Positions 11,605-22,336 are shown, numbered from the stretch's first letter. The stretch: DNA of 32,000 nucleotides from Mycolicibacterium smegmatis (GCF_001457595.1 NZ_LN831039.1:6540001-6572000), one strand, 5' to 3'. Translations and numbers: made by a program. The notes: a model not told the origin generated them from the sequence alone.

Positions 11605-11829
11605 ATGAAGAAGTTCGGATTCGCCGCAATCGCCGCAAGCGGGTTGACCGCAGCCATCCTGGGCCTGTCCGGTCCCGCGCAGGCCGCGCCTGCGGTGGCC
11701 CCGGTGTCCACCGGTGTGGACGCCACCACCATCACCGCGGGTGTGGACCGCCTCGAGTGGCTGGACAAGATCCAGCCGAAGGCCACCGCGCCTCAGGTTG
11801 ACACCACGGTCCGCCACAGCGGCCGGTGA
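11605..11829 (+). CDS. Small secreted protein (74 aa), paralogue of 9800..10006
   Basis: MKKFGFAAIAASGLTAAILGLSGPAQA|APAVAPVSTGVDATTITAGVDRLEWLDKIQPKATAPQVDTTVRHSGR. SD is aaagggagagagaaaATG. Confidence 0.72.
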   Translation: MKKFGFAAIAASGLTAAILGLSGPAQAAPAVAPVSTGVDATTITAGVDRLEWLDKIQPKATAPQVDTTVRHSGR

Positions 11830-11841
11830 GCGGCTGCACGC

Positions 11842-11875
11842 AAAGAGGGGCACCCGGGATCGGGTGCCCCTCTTT
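11842..11875. terminator. Perfect 15-bp hairpin (aaagaggggcacccg / cgggtgcccctcttt), near-identical to the hairpin at 10022
   Basis: Stem 11842-11856 pairs with 11861-11875 around loop ggat, followed by cgtgt. Confidence 0.75.
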
Positions 11876-11896
11876 CGTGTTCGGCCGCTTCGGGTC

Positions 11897-11958
11897 TCGC
11901 GAGTGTGAAGCCTCAGCGAAAACACACGCGAGAGTTCGCTGACGTTTCACACTCGCGA
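11897..11958. terminator. Nested long hairpin just downstream of the methyltransferase stop (probable minus-strand terminator or structured RNA)
   Basis: The outer stem pairs tcgcgagtgtgaa (11897-11909) with ttcacactcgcga (11946-11958), 13 bp perfect. The inner stem pairs tcagcgaa with ttcgctga. The methyltransferase stop is at 11963-11965. Confidence 0.5.
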
Positions 11959-11962
11959 AAGC

Positions 11963-12781
11963 TCAGAACGCGAAGCGGTAATACTGCGCCATGTAGCGCA
12001 GCGCCGGGATCGGCCGCATGACCTTCGCCAACAACCGGAAATGCCAGGACAATTCGTCGAACGCCGGATCCTCGAACACCGACATCCACGCCAAGAGCCG
12101 GGTGCCCGGCACCGCGTCGAGGATGTCGTCGGGCCGGTTGATCGCCCAGCGCAGCGTCGCCCCCGAGCGGCGCACCACGGTGTTGGTCCACTGCGTCCGG
12201 ATCCCGAAGCTGTCGAACGCGTCGAACTGCAGTTCGCCGGTGCCGAAACGGTCGACGACGCGGCGCAGCAGCGCGACACCGTCTGCCTCGGTGAGATACA
12301 TCGTGAGGCCCTCGCCGAGCATGAGCACCGGCCGTCCGGTCGGCACCTCGTCGAGCCATGCCGGATCGGTCACCGACGCCGACACCAGGTGGTAGCGCTC
12401 GTGTTCCGGGTACAGCTGGGAACGCAGGTCGATGACCTCGGGGTAGTCGACGTCGAACCACTCGACACCCGGCCCCGGGGCCAGCCGGAAGAACCGGCCG
12501 TCGAGCCCGCAGCCCAGGTGCAGCACGACCGCCTCGGAGTGCACCGCGAGGAACTGGCGGGCCCATCTGTCGAAGTGCGCGCTGCGCGTGGTCACCGCGG
12601 GCGCACGCGCAGGGGTGATCGCTGTTCTGGTCCAGTCGTAGTCGATGCGCTCCGCGATCTCGGCGGCCATATCGTCACCGAGGATCGGGGTGGGCAGACG
12701 CGCGTCGAGCGCTTTCGCGTAGAACGTCGCGAGCATGGTCTGCGGCGCGCCGCTCAGGTCGACCTTCAGCTTGTCGGTCAT
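11963..12781 (-). CDS. Class I SAM-dependent O-methyltransferase (TcmP / LCMT-like family)
   Basis: 272 aa. N-terminus LSGAPQTMLATFYAKALDA, then the SAM-binding block VVLHLGCGLDGRF and ..VLMLGEGLTMYL, as in TcmP-type polyketide O-methyltransferases. Confidence 0.75.
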   Translation of the reverse strand: MTDKLKVDLSGAPQTMLATFYAKALDARLPTPILGDDMAAEIAERIDYDWTRTAITPARAPAVTTRSAHFDRWARQFLAVHSEAVVLHLGCGLDGRFFRLAPGPGVEWFDVDYPEVIDLRSQLYPEHERYHLVSASVTDPAWLDEVPTGRPVLMLGEGLTMYLTEADGVALLRRVVDRFGTGELQFDAFDSFGIRTQWTNTVVRRSGATLRWAINRPDDILDAVPGTRLLAWMSVFEDPAFDELSWHFRLLAKVMRPIPALRYMAQYYRFAF

Positions 12782-12843
12782 ACCCCGAGGCTAGATCGGA
12801 TTCGAGTTGCGGCACACGGGCTGAACAGCCCTCGGTGTGGCGT

Positions 12844-13866
12844 TCAGCCGCCTCGGCGCGCCTGCTTGGCTGCCCGAAGACCCACCCAGAACTTCGCGGC
12901 CTCGGCGATCGATTCCTCGACCGGCCTTGGCTGCCAACCGAGTTCACGCACGGCCTTGGAGTGGTCCAGTTCGCACTCGGCGCGCATGAGCCGCAGTGAC
13001 CGCAACGACAACCGCTCGTCGGTTCCGCGCAGCTTGCCCTTGACAGTGCCGATGGCCGCCAGCAGATAGGACACCGGCAGCGGGATCGACCGGCGCGGCG
13101 GCGCGACGCCCGCGGCCTCGGCGGCGATCCGGGCGACCTCGGCGTTGCTGATCAGTTTCTCGGAGATCAGGTACCGCTCACCCGGTCTGCCGCTTTCCGC
13201 GGCGAGGATGAGGGCGCGGGCGGCGTCGTCGACACCGACGGCTTCCAGATCGATGCCGCTCATCACGAACGGCAGCTTGCCGAACGCGGCGCCCGCGATG
13301 ACCGCGCCGTGCGGTGTGCGGCCCCAGTCGCCGCTGCCGTAGGTGGTCGACACGCACATCGCGACCGCAGGCAGGCCGCGCTCGGTGGCGTACCGCAGCA
13401 CCAGTTCCTCGGCCTGTACGCGTGAGCGCACATACGGTGTGACACCACGCAGGTCGATCACGTCGTCCTCGGTGGCCACACATCCACGCCTGCGCCCGAC
13501 CGTGACGTAGCTGCTGGTGTAGACGAACTTCCGCAGCCCGATCCCGGGTTCGAGCGCGACGTCGAGCACGTGCCGCGTGCCCTCGACGTTGGTGCGGAAC
13601 AGCGGGGCCGGGTGGCGCAGCCAGCCCCTGGTGTCGACGACGCAGTAGTACACGACGTCGCATCCGGTCATGGCGGCGCGCAGCACCTCGGTGTCGAAGA
13701 TGTCGCCGGTGAACCGCGTGACGTCCAGGTCGTCGATGCCGACGGTGTTGGCGCCCGGTCGCACCATGGCGCGGATCTCGGACCCGTCGGTGTTGTCGGC
13801 CACGAGTTGGCGCAGCACGTGCGATCCCAGGAATCCGTTGGCGCCGATGACCAGCGAGGTGCTCAC
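12844..13866 (-). CDS. NAD(P)-dependent epimerase/dehydratase-type extended SDR
   Basis: I place the start at GTG 13866 (VSTSLVIGANGFLGSHVLRQL, a GxxGxxG motif). It overlaps the upstream stop in a GTGA arrangement. The track ORF extends to 14001, but that extension overlaps the SnoaL-like gene. The active-site region reads PYVRSRVQAE. Confidence 0.82.
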   Translation of the reverse strand: MSTSLVIGANGFLGSHVLRQLVADNTDGSEIRAMVRPGANTVGIDDLDVTRFTGDIFDTEVLRAAMTGCDVVYYCVVDTRGWLRHPAPLFRTNVEGTRHVLDVALEPGIGLRKFVYTSSYVTVGRRRGCVATEDDVIDLRGVTPYVRSRVQAEELVLRYATERGLPAVAMCVSTTYGSGDWGRTPHGAVIAGAAFGKLPFVMSGIDLEAVGVDDAARALILAAESGRPGERYLISEKLISNAEVARIAAEAAGVAPPRRSIPLPVSYLLAAIGTVKGKLRGTDERLSLRSLRLMRAECELDHSKAVRELGWQPRPVEESIAEAAKFWVGLRAAKQARRGG

Positions 13867-14363
13867 CTGCGGCCCCCGAACTTGGCCATCCATTCGGCAG
13901 CCTCGTCGGTCAGCGTGCCGAGTTCGGCGGCCTTGCGGCACCACTTCATCGCCGCCGACGCGAAGCGCAGCGGGTTGTAGACGTCTTCCTGCCTGCTCCA
14001 CAGGCCGTCGCCGGCGTAGGTGAGGATCGAGATGTTGGTGGCGCTGATGATCGTGCCGTCACCCGGGTCCACCATGGGATTGTCGAGTTCGCAGATCACG
14101 CGGCCGGTCGGTTCGTCGATCACCGTCCACAGCGACGGGAACGCCGTCATGTGGTTGCCCGGGAAGCTCGTCATGGTCTTCCAGATCCAGGCGCGCACCT
14201 CCTCGCGGCCCTTCATGGTGCCCGCGGCGTGCTCGACGTAGTCGACATCGGGCGTGTAGTGCCGGACCCAGACGTCCCAGTCCTTCGTGCGGGCCGCGGT
14301 GTCCACGGTCGCCTCGAATCGGGCGAACGCCGCGCTGAGTTCGTCGCGACTGAACCTGCTCAT
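13863..14363 (-). CDS. SnoaL-like / NTF2-fold protein
   Basis: 166 aa: MSRFSRDELSAAFARFEATVDTAARTKDWDVWVRHYTPDVDYVEH..GREEVRAWI, typical of SnoaL-like cyclase/NTF2 domains. It is translationally coupled (GTGA) to the SDR gene. Confidence 0.65.
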   Translation of the reverse strand: MSRFSRDELSAAFARFEATVDTAARTKDWDVWVRHYTPDVDYVEHAAGTMKGREEVRAWIWKTMTSFPGNHMTAFPSLWTVIDEPTGRVICELDNPMVDPGDGTIISATNISILTYAGDGLWSRQEDVYNPLRFASAAMKWCRKAAELGTLTDEAAEWMAKFGGRR

Positions 14364-14370
14364 GCCAGAA

Positions 14371-14386
14371 CTAGAACACGTTCTAG
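14371..14386. promoter_or_regulatory. Palindrome CTAGAAC-AC-GTTCTAG 8 nt upstream of the SnoaL-like start codon
   Basis: 7-bp perfect arms lie in the 42-nt gap between the stop at 14406 and the ATG at 14363. The sequence is AT-rich relative to its surroundings. Confidence 0.35.
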
Positions 14387-14405
14387 TGAGGTTTGTCGAG
14401 ACCCG

Positions 14406-14807
14406 TCACGCGCTCACCACGGTGCGGTCGCCGAGTGGCTGCTGCAGCGGGACGTCCATGGTCGCGTCGAGCGCGATCGCGATGCACATCCGGTCGGCGG
14501 CCTCGGGGCGGGTACCGACGGACAACTCGACGGTGACGGTCTCGGCGGACTCCGTGGCGACGACGTGCGCGCCGTAGCACTGCGGTGTGCCCGCAGTGAA
14601 GTTGACGCGCAGCCCCTCGCCGTTGCGGCTCCACGATTCGACGCGCGCCGGATGCTGATCGACGATCCGCGGGTTGTCGGTGAAAACCGTGCGATCAGGG
14701 TCGACGGGCACTTCGGGCACGGTGGCGGCGGCCGCGTGGGGTGCCGTCACCGTTGCCAGGAGTAAACCGGTCAACGCGGTGGTTACCACTGGACGCATGC
14801 GCACCAC
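14406..14807 (-). CDS. Secreted hypothetical protein (signal peptide, two Cys)
   Basis: M(VRM)RPVVTTALTGLLLATVTAPHAAA|ATVPEV.. carries an A-x-A cleavage motif. The start is either 14807 or ATG 14798. I recognise no family. Confidence 0.55.
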   Translation of the reverse strand: MVRMRPVVTTALTGLLLATVTAPHAAAATVPEVPVDPDRTVFTDNPRIVDQHPARVESWSRNGEGLRVNFTAGTPQCYGAHVVATESAETVTVELSVGTRPEAADRMCIAIALDATMDVPLQQPLGDRTVVSA

Positions 14808-14873
14808 GGTAGTGCCACGATCCGGCCGCCTCTGGCAGCATGGATTGTGCGTCTAGGGAAGGAATGAACGACT

Positions 14874-15389
14874 ATGGGCAATCACGCCACGGCGATCCTC
14901 GCGGGCGGCTGCTTCTGGGGTATGCAGGATCTGATCCGCAAGCAGCCCGGTGTCGTCTCCACCCGGGTCGGCTACACCGGAGGCCAGAACGACCATCCGA
15001 CGTACCGCAATCACCCCGGGCATGCCGAGGCCGTCGAGATCGTCTACGACCCGGCACAGACCGACTATCGCGCCCTGCTGGAGTTCTTCTTCCAGATCCA
15101 CGATCCGACCACCAAGGACCGTCAGGGCAACGACGTCGGCTCGAGTTACCGTTCGGCGATCTTCTACCTCGACGAGGAGCAGAAGCGCATCGCGCTGGAG
15201 ACCATCGTTGATGTGGACGCCTCCGGACTGTGGCCGGGCAAGGTGGTCACCGAGGTGACACCGGCGAGTGACTTCTGGGAGGCCGAGCCCGAACACCAGG
15301 ACTATCTGGTGCACTACCCCAACGGCTACACGTGCCACTTCCCGCGCCCGGGCTGGAAGCTGCCGCGCCGCGAGACCGCGAACCAGTAG
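14874..15389 (+). CDS. msrA: Peptide methionine-S-sulfoxide reductase
   Basis: The GGCFWG catalytic motif is near the N-terminus ([14 protein letters not shown]), followed by ..[34 protein letters not shown]. Confidence 0.95.
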   Translation: MGNHATAILAGGCFWGMQDLIRKQPGVVSTRVGYTGGQNDHPTYRNHPGHAEAVEIVYDPAQTDYRALLEFFFQIHDPTTKDRQGNDVGSSYRSAIFYLDEEQKRIALETIVDVDASGLWPGKVVTEVTPASDFWEAEPEHQDYLVHYPNGYTCHFPRPGWKLPRRETANQ

Positions 15390-15392
15390 CGC

Positions 15393-16736
15393 TCAGGCGC
15401 CAAGCGGTTCGCTGCGGCGCCGCATCACCACGCGGCCACCCGACGCGGGAGTGTAGGCCACCCCGCGCGGGTGCACCTTCTCGTCGGGTGCGGTGGTGGT
15501 CTCGATGACGAAGTGGCGCAGTACGGTTCGCAACACCACGTCCATCTCGATGTTGGCGAACACCGCGCCCACGCAGCGGCGCGTGCCGCCGCCGTAGGGG
15601 AGCCAGCCGAGTCCCGGCCGGTTCCCGACGAAGCGCTGCGGGTCGAACCGGTGCGGGTCGGGGAACTCCTCTTCGCGCTCCTGGATGTGGGCGAGCGCGA
15701 CGATGATCGAGTAGCCTCGCGGAATCGTCCACTGCCCCAACTGGAATGACGGCGCGTAGACGTGGCGGCCGGAGAAGTCGATCACGGTGCGCACGCGCTG
15801 CACCTCGGCGATGGCGGCCTGCCGGTACTCGTTGTCGCCGGAGGCCGCCTCGGCGACGAGCTTCTCCAGTACGTCGGGATGCCTGCTGATCCGCTCGAAC
15901 GCCCAGCCCAGTGTGGACGCCGTGGTCTCGTGCCCGGCCGCGAGCAGCGTGAGCAGTTCGTCGCCGATGTCCTTGCGGGACATGGATGATCCGTCTTCGT
16001 AGGCGCTGCGCAGCAGCAGTGCCAGGATGTCGTCGCGCTGGTCGAAGTCCGGATCGGCCGCGACGCGGTCGATGAGGCGGTCCACGACGTCGTCGTACTC
16101 CGCGCGGTAGGCCGCGAGCCGGCCCCAGGGCGTGAGGCGTCCGTAGTTGCGCGTGGGTGTCGGCAGCACCGCCAGGCGCGACCCGAGGGTCACCCACGGC
16201 GGGATGATGCGGCGCAGTTCGTCGAGTTGTTCTCCGTCGGCCCCGAACACCGCGCGCAGGATCGCGTTGAGCGTGATCCGCATCATCGGCTCGAGTGTCG
16301 GGAACTCCCGACCGTCGGGCCAGGACGCGGCTTCGCGCAGGGTCTCCTCTTCGAAGATGCGCTCATAGTTCTTGATGCTGCGGCCGTGGAACGGCGGTGT
16401 GAGCAGCTTGCGCCTGCGCCGGTGGTCGGTGCCATCGAGGGCGAACACCGATCCGGGACCGAGCATGCGGCTGAGGTTCGGCTGGATGTTGCCGACGTCG
16501 TCGGGGTGGGCGGCGTACACCTGTTTGGCCAGTTGCGGTTCGGCGACCAGCACGGTGCGGCCGAACACCGGGATGTCGAGCGTGAAGACGTCGCCGTACC
16601 TGCGGGCCGCGTGCTTGACCACCCACCGTCGCGCGACCGAGAAGGCCAGGCCCTGAACGACTCTGGGCAGTGGCACGGCCGGCGGAAGCTGGGCCGCGCG
16701 GATGGCGGTCTCGGGACGTTCGACGGTCGCGGTCAT
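15393..16736 (-). CDS. Cytochrome P450 monooxygenase
   Basis: Heme-binding loop YGGGTRRCVGAVFA, I-helix LLAAGHETT and ExxR (EVQR) are all present. I place the start at ATG 16736 (MTATVERPE), preceded by SD gggggagag. The track ORF extends to 16814. Confidence 0.92.
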   Translation of the reverse strand: MTATVERPETAIRAAQLPPAVPLPRVVQGLAFSVARRWVVKHAARRYGDVFTLDIPVFGRTVLVAEPQLAKQVYAAHPDDVGNIQPNLSRMLGPGSVFALDGTDHRRRRKLLTPPFHGRSIKNYERIFEEETLREAASWPDGREFPTLEPMMRITLNAILRAVFGADGEQLDELRRIIPPWVTLGSRLAVLPTPTRNYGRLTPWGRLAAYRAEYDDVVDRLIDRVAADPDFDQRDDILALLLRSAYEDGSSMSRKDIGDELLTLLAAGHETTASTLGWAFERISRHPDVLEKLVAEAASGDNEYRQAAIAEVQRVRTVIDFSGRHVYAPSFQLGQWTIPRGYSIIVALAHIQEREEEFPDPHRFDPQRFVGNRPGLGWLPYGGGTRRCVGAVFANIEMDVVLRTVLRHFVIETTTAPDEKVHPRGVAYTPASGGRVVMRRRSEPLGA

Positions 16737-16752
16737 AGGCTCTCCCCCGTTG

Positions 16753-16802
16753 TTGGTACCGCGTCGTACCAGGTGATGGTGTAGTACGGTACTCGCAGGT
16801 AC
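16753..16802. promoter_or_regulatory. GTAC-rich inverted repeats in the P450 / TetR divergent intergenic region (candidate TetR operators)
   Basis: TGGTAC-cgcgtc-GTACCA lies at 16753-16770, AGTAC-g-GTACT at 16782-16792 and GGTACC at 16797-16802. Confidence 0.35.
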
Positions 16803-16825
16803 CACACAGCGCAAGGGGGGTCCGT

Positions 16826-17434
16826 ATGACGACCGCGCTCACCGGCACCGCCACGGCGGGGGGCTCAGGCGGTGACGCGTTCCGGTCCCGCCTGCTCGAC
16901 GGGCTCTCGGCCGCCATCGACGACAAGGGTTACCGCGACAGCACCGTTGCCGACATCGTCCGCCACGCTCGCACCTCCAAGCGCACGTTCTACGACCAGT
17001 TCGCAAGCAAAGAAGCCTGTTTCATCGAGCTGCTGCGCGCCAACAACGCCGCGCTCGTCGAGCACATCCGCTCGGCCGTCCGCCCCGAGGCCGAATGGCA
17101 GGACCAGATCGACCAGGCCGTCGGCGCCTACGTCGAGCACATCGAATCCGCCCCGAGCATCACGCTGAGCTGGATCCGCGAACTGCCCGCGCTCGGCCCC
17201 GCGGCACGCCCGCTGCAACGCGACGCGATGGGGGCGCTCACCGATCTGCTCATCGACCTCAGCGACAGTCCGGGATTCCGGCGCGCCGGGCTCAACGGGC
17301 TCAGCAGGCAGATGGCCATCATCCTGCTGGGCGGTCTACGGGAACTCACGGCACTGATCGTCGAGGACGGCCACGACATCCGGGAGATCTACGAACCGGC
17401 CGTCGCGGCGTCGCGGGCGATCCTCACCGCGAGT

Positions 17435-17458
<24 letters not shown>
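16826..17458 (+). CDS. TetR/AcrR-family transcriptional regulator, divergent from the P450 gene
   Basis: N-terminal HTH: GYRDSTVADIVRHARTSKRTFYDQFASKEACF. Confidence 0.88.
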
Positions 17459-19796
<2,338 letters not shown>

Positions 19797-19802
19797 AGCG
19801 CA

Positions 19803-20525
19803 TCACCCACGGGCATCCGGTTTGGTGAAGTACAGCGCCACGCTCTTGCCGATCAGCGGGTTGAGCACCGACTCGGCGGTCCTGGTGAGCCACGGCCGGC
19901 CCATCATGTCCCACACCAGCAGCTGGTGGTATGCCTTGACCGCCGGGTGGTCGTTCTTCTCGGTCCCCACAAGGCACTTGAGCCACCAGTACGGCGAGTG
20001 CAGCGCGTGCTCGTGGTGGGTGTGGGTGAGTTCCAGACCGTGTGCGAGCACCTTGTCGCGCAACTCGTCGGCCTTGTAGATGCGGATGTGGCCGCCCTCG
20101 TTGGCGTGGTACTCGTCCGACAGCAGCCAGCAGATCTTCTCCGGCAGCCACCGCGGCACCGTGATGGCCAGCGAGCCACCGGGTTTGAGCACGCGGACCA
20201 GTTCGGAGATCGCGCGGTCGTCCTCGGGGACGTGCTCGAGGATCTCCGAGGCGATCACGCAGTCGAAGGTGCCGTCGGGGTACGGCAGGTCGAGCGCGTC
20301 ACCCTTGACGGCCTCGCCTTTCGCCGTGGCGGGCGCCTCGCCCGCTTCGGCCATGGCCTGCAGCATCTCGTCGACGCTGTTGAGATCGGCCACGCTCTGG
20401 TCGAAGCCGATCACATGCGCCCCGCGGCGGAACGCCTCGAACGTGTGCCTGCCCGCGCCGCACCCGACGTCGATCACCGACGTGCCCGGGCCGACACCGA
20501 GCCGGTCGAAGTCGACTGTCAGCAC
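19803..20525 (-). CDS. Class I SAM-dependent methyltransferase (Methyltransf_11 type)
   Basis: Motif I is VIDVGCGAGRHT, followed by ..FDCVIASEILEHV.. and ..LKPGGSLAITVP. The GTG start overlaps the GT4 stop by 7 nt (GTGCTGA). Confidence 0.85.
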   Translation of the reverse strand: MLTVDFDRLGVGPGTSVIDVGCGAGRHTFEAFRRGAHVIGFDQSVADLNSVDEMLQAMAEAGEAPATAKGEAVKGDALDLPYPDGTFDCVIASEILEHVPEDDRAISELVRVLKPGGSLAITVPRWLPEKICWLLSDEYHANEGGHIRIYKADELRDKVLAHGLELTHTHHEHALHSPYWWLKCLVGTEKNDHPAVKAYHQLLVWDMMGRPWLTRTAESVLNPLIGKSVALYFTKPDARG

Positions 20526-21760
20526 GCCTTGACCCCCATCCGGTTCTGTGCCTGCTCGTACACCGCAACCGTCTGTGCGGCAACGGACTCCCAGCTGAAG
20601 ACATCAAGTGCACGCCGGCGTCCGGCTGCGCCGAGGCGGCGGCGTTCGGACGGCGAGTCCAGCAGTTCGCCCAGCACCGCGGTCAGCTCGTCGACGTCGG
20701 CCGGGCGGACCAGCCGCGCGCACGATCCGTCGGTGCCCACGACCTCGGGCAGCGCGCCCGCGCGGCTCGCGACGATCGGGGTGCCGCTGGCCATGGCCTC
20801 CACGGCGGGCAGCGAGAAGCCCTCGTACAGCGACGGGATGCACGCGACCTCGGCCGATGCCAACAGGCCTGCCAGCTCCTGATCGGACAGCCCGCTGGAG
20901 ATGTGGACGATGTCGGAGATGCCCAGCTCGGCGATGAGCTTCTCGGTGGGACCGTTGGGTTCGAGCTTGCTCACGAGTTGCAGGTCGAGGTTGCGTTCCA
21001 CGCGCAGGCGCGCGACCGCGTGCAGCAGGTGGCTCACACCTTTGAGCGGAACGTCGGCCGACGCGATCGCGATGATGCGTCCACTCACGCGCTGCTCGGC
21101 GGGTTTGAACAGTTCGGTGTTCACGCCGAGCGGCACGATGTGCAGCTGATCGGACGTGACGCCGAAGTCCGCGGCGATGTCCGCGGCCGACGACGAGGAC
21201 ACCGTGAGCAGTTCGGGAATCTGGCGCGCGACCTTCTTCTGCATCTCGGCGAAGCCGTACCAGCGGCGCACGAGCGGCTTGCGCCACCACTTGGCCGCCG
21301 CGACGTCGACGACCTTGTCGCGCGTGATCGGGTGGTGCACGGTCGCCACCACGGGTAGGCCGAGCTTCTCGATCTTGAGCAGACCGGTGCCCAGGCTCTG
21401 GTTGTCGTGGACGACGTCGAACTCGTCGCGGCGCGCCGCGAGGATCCGCGCGGCGCGCATCGTGAACGTGCGCGGTTCCGGGAAGCCGGCCGACCACATG
21501 GTCAGCAGTTCCAGCGCGTCGATGCCGTCGCGGATCTCCCGCGGGTGCGGCACGCGGAACGGATCGGGCTCGCGGTACAGATCCAGGCTGGGCACCTTGG
21601 TCAGCGTGACGCGGGGGTCGAGGCCCTCCGGATAGGGCTGGCCCGAGAACACCTCGACGTCGTGGCCGAGTTCGGCCAGACCGCTGCTCAGGTGACGGAC
21701 GTAGACGCCTTGACCGCCGCAGTGGGTTTTGCTCCGGTACGAAAGCAGTGCGATGCGCAT
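20519..21760 (-). CDS. GT4-family (GT-B fold) glycosyltransferase
   Basis: N-terminus MRIALLSYRSKTHCGGQGVYVRHLSSGLAELGHDVEVF. The C-terminal block reads IPSLYEGFSLPAVEAMASGTPIVASRAGALPEVV, the E-x7-E region typical of GT4. Confidence 0.9.
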   Translation of the reverse strand: MRIALLSYRSKTHCGGQGVYVRHLSSGLAELGHDVEVFSGQPYPEGLDPRVTLTKVPSLDLYREPDPFRVPHPREIRDGIDALELLTMWSAGFPEPRTFTMRAARILAARRDEFDVVHDNQSLGTGLLKIEKLGLPVVATVHHPITRDKVVDVAAAKWWRKPLVRRWYGFAEMQKKVARQIPELLTVSSSSAADIAADFGVTSDQLHIVPLGVNTELFKPAEQRVSGRIIAIASADVPLKGVSHLLHAVARLRVERNLDLQLVSKLEPNGPTEKLIAELGISDIVHISSGLSDQELAGLLASAEVACIPSLYEGFSLPAVEAMASGTPIVASRAGALPEVVGTDGSCARLVRPADVDELTAVLGELLDSPSERRRLGAAGRRRALDVFSWESVAAQTVAVYEQAQNRMGVKAC

Positions 21761-21828
21761 ATCAACTCACCCGACGGCAGGAATCGCGCTGAGCTGGGAA
21801 GACGCCTTCACGCGCCGACTCCGAAACC

Positions 21829-21874
21829 TCTGGACATGTGTCCAGACTATAGTTTGACGACCTACCGGGCGCAA
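21829..21874 (-). promoter_or_regulatory. Candidate sigma-A promoter plus operator of the GT4 operon: TTGCGC-N17-TATAGT-ct-GGACAcaTGTCC
   Basis: The minus strand reads cgtgcgTTGCGCccggtaggtcgtcaaacTATAGTctGGACAcaTGTCCagagg. The 18-bp palindrome TCTGGACA-TG-TGTCCAGA lies at 21829-21846, the -10 at 21846-21851 and the -35 at 21869-21874. The architecture is the same as at 17998-18041. Confidence 0.55.
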
Positions 21875-21880
21875 CGCACG

Positions 21881-22336
21881 TCACTCGGGCGGGAACCCGC
21901 CGGTGGCAACCGGACCCCACTGTTTCGGCGTGACCCGGATCAGGCACTTGCCCTGATCCACCATCGCCTGGCGATACTCGTCCCAGTCCGGATGCTCACC
22001 GGAGATGACCCGGAAGTACTCGACCAGAGGCTCGACCGCGTCCGGCAGACCGATCACCTCGGCCTCACCGTCGACCTGCACATAGGGTCCGTTGAACTCG
22101 TCGGACAGCACCACCACGCTCGCGCGCGGTGTGCGGCGGATGTTGGCCGACTTCGCCCGCTGCGGATAGGTCGCGATCACGATGCGGCCCTGCGCGTCGA
22201 CCCCGCCCGTCACCGGCGAACTCTGCAGCGACCCGTCGGCGCGGAACGTCGTCAACACCATGCGATGTCTCGGGCGGACGAAGTCGAGCAGCTCGTCGAG
22301 ATCCACCGCGTCCGCGGTCGCGTACTTCTTGGCCAT
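21881..22336 (-). CDS. Pyridoxamine 5'-phosphate oxidase-family (PPOX class, probably F420-dependent) protein
   Basis: 151 aa: LDELLDFVRPRHRMVLTTFRADGSLQSSPVTGGVD..GRIVIATYPQRAKSANIRRTPRASVVV, typical of actinobacterial PPOX/FDOR split-barrel proteins. Confidence 0.75.
   Translation of the reverse strand: MAKKYATADAVDLDELLDFVRPRHRMVLTTFRADGSLQSSPVTGGVDAQGRIVIATYPQRAKSANIRRTPRASVVVLSDEFNGPYVQVDGEAEVIGLPDAVEPLVEYFRVISGEHPDWDEYRQAMVDQGKCLIRVTPKQWGPVATGGFPPE

Noticed and set aside
9800-11829. Small exported peptides plus the nearby C39-like protein as a bacteriocin-type (double-glycine leader) system
   Set aside because: The leaders are ordinary Sec signal peptides ending A-x-A (PAQA or PSQA), not GG leaders. 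There is no ABC exporter or immunity gene. The C39-like gene is 11 kb away from two of the three peptide genes.
14371-14386. Possible LexA (SOS / Cheo) box
   Set aside because: The mycobacterial and Gram-positive SOS box is GAAC-N4-GTTC. Here the half-sites are GAAC-N2-GTTC, so the spacing does not fit.
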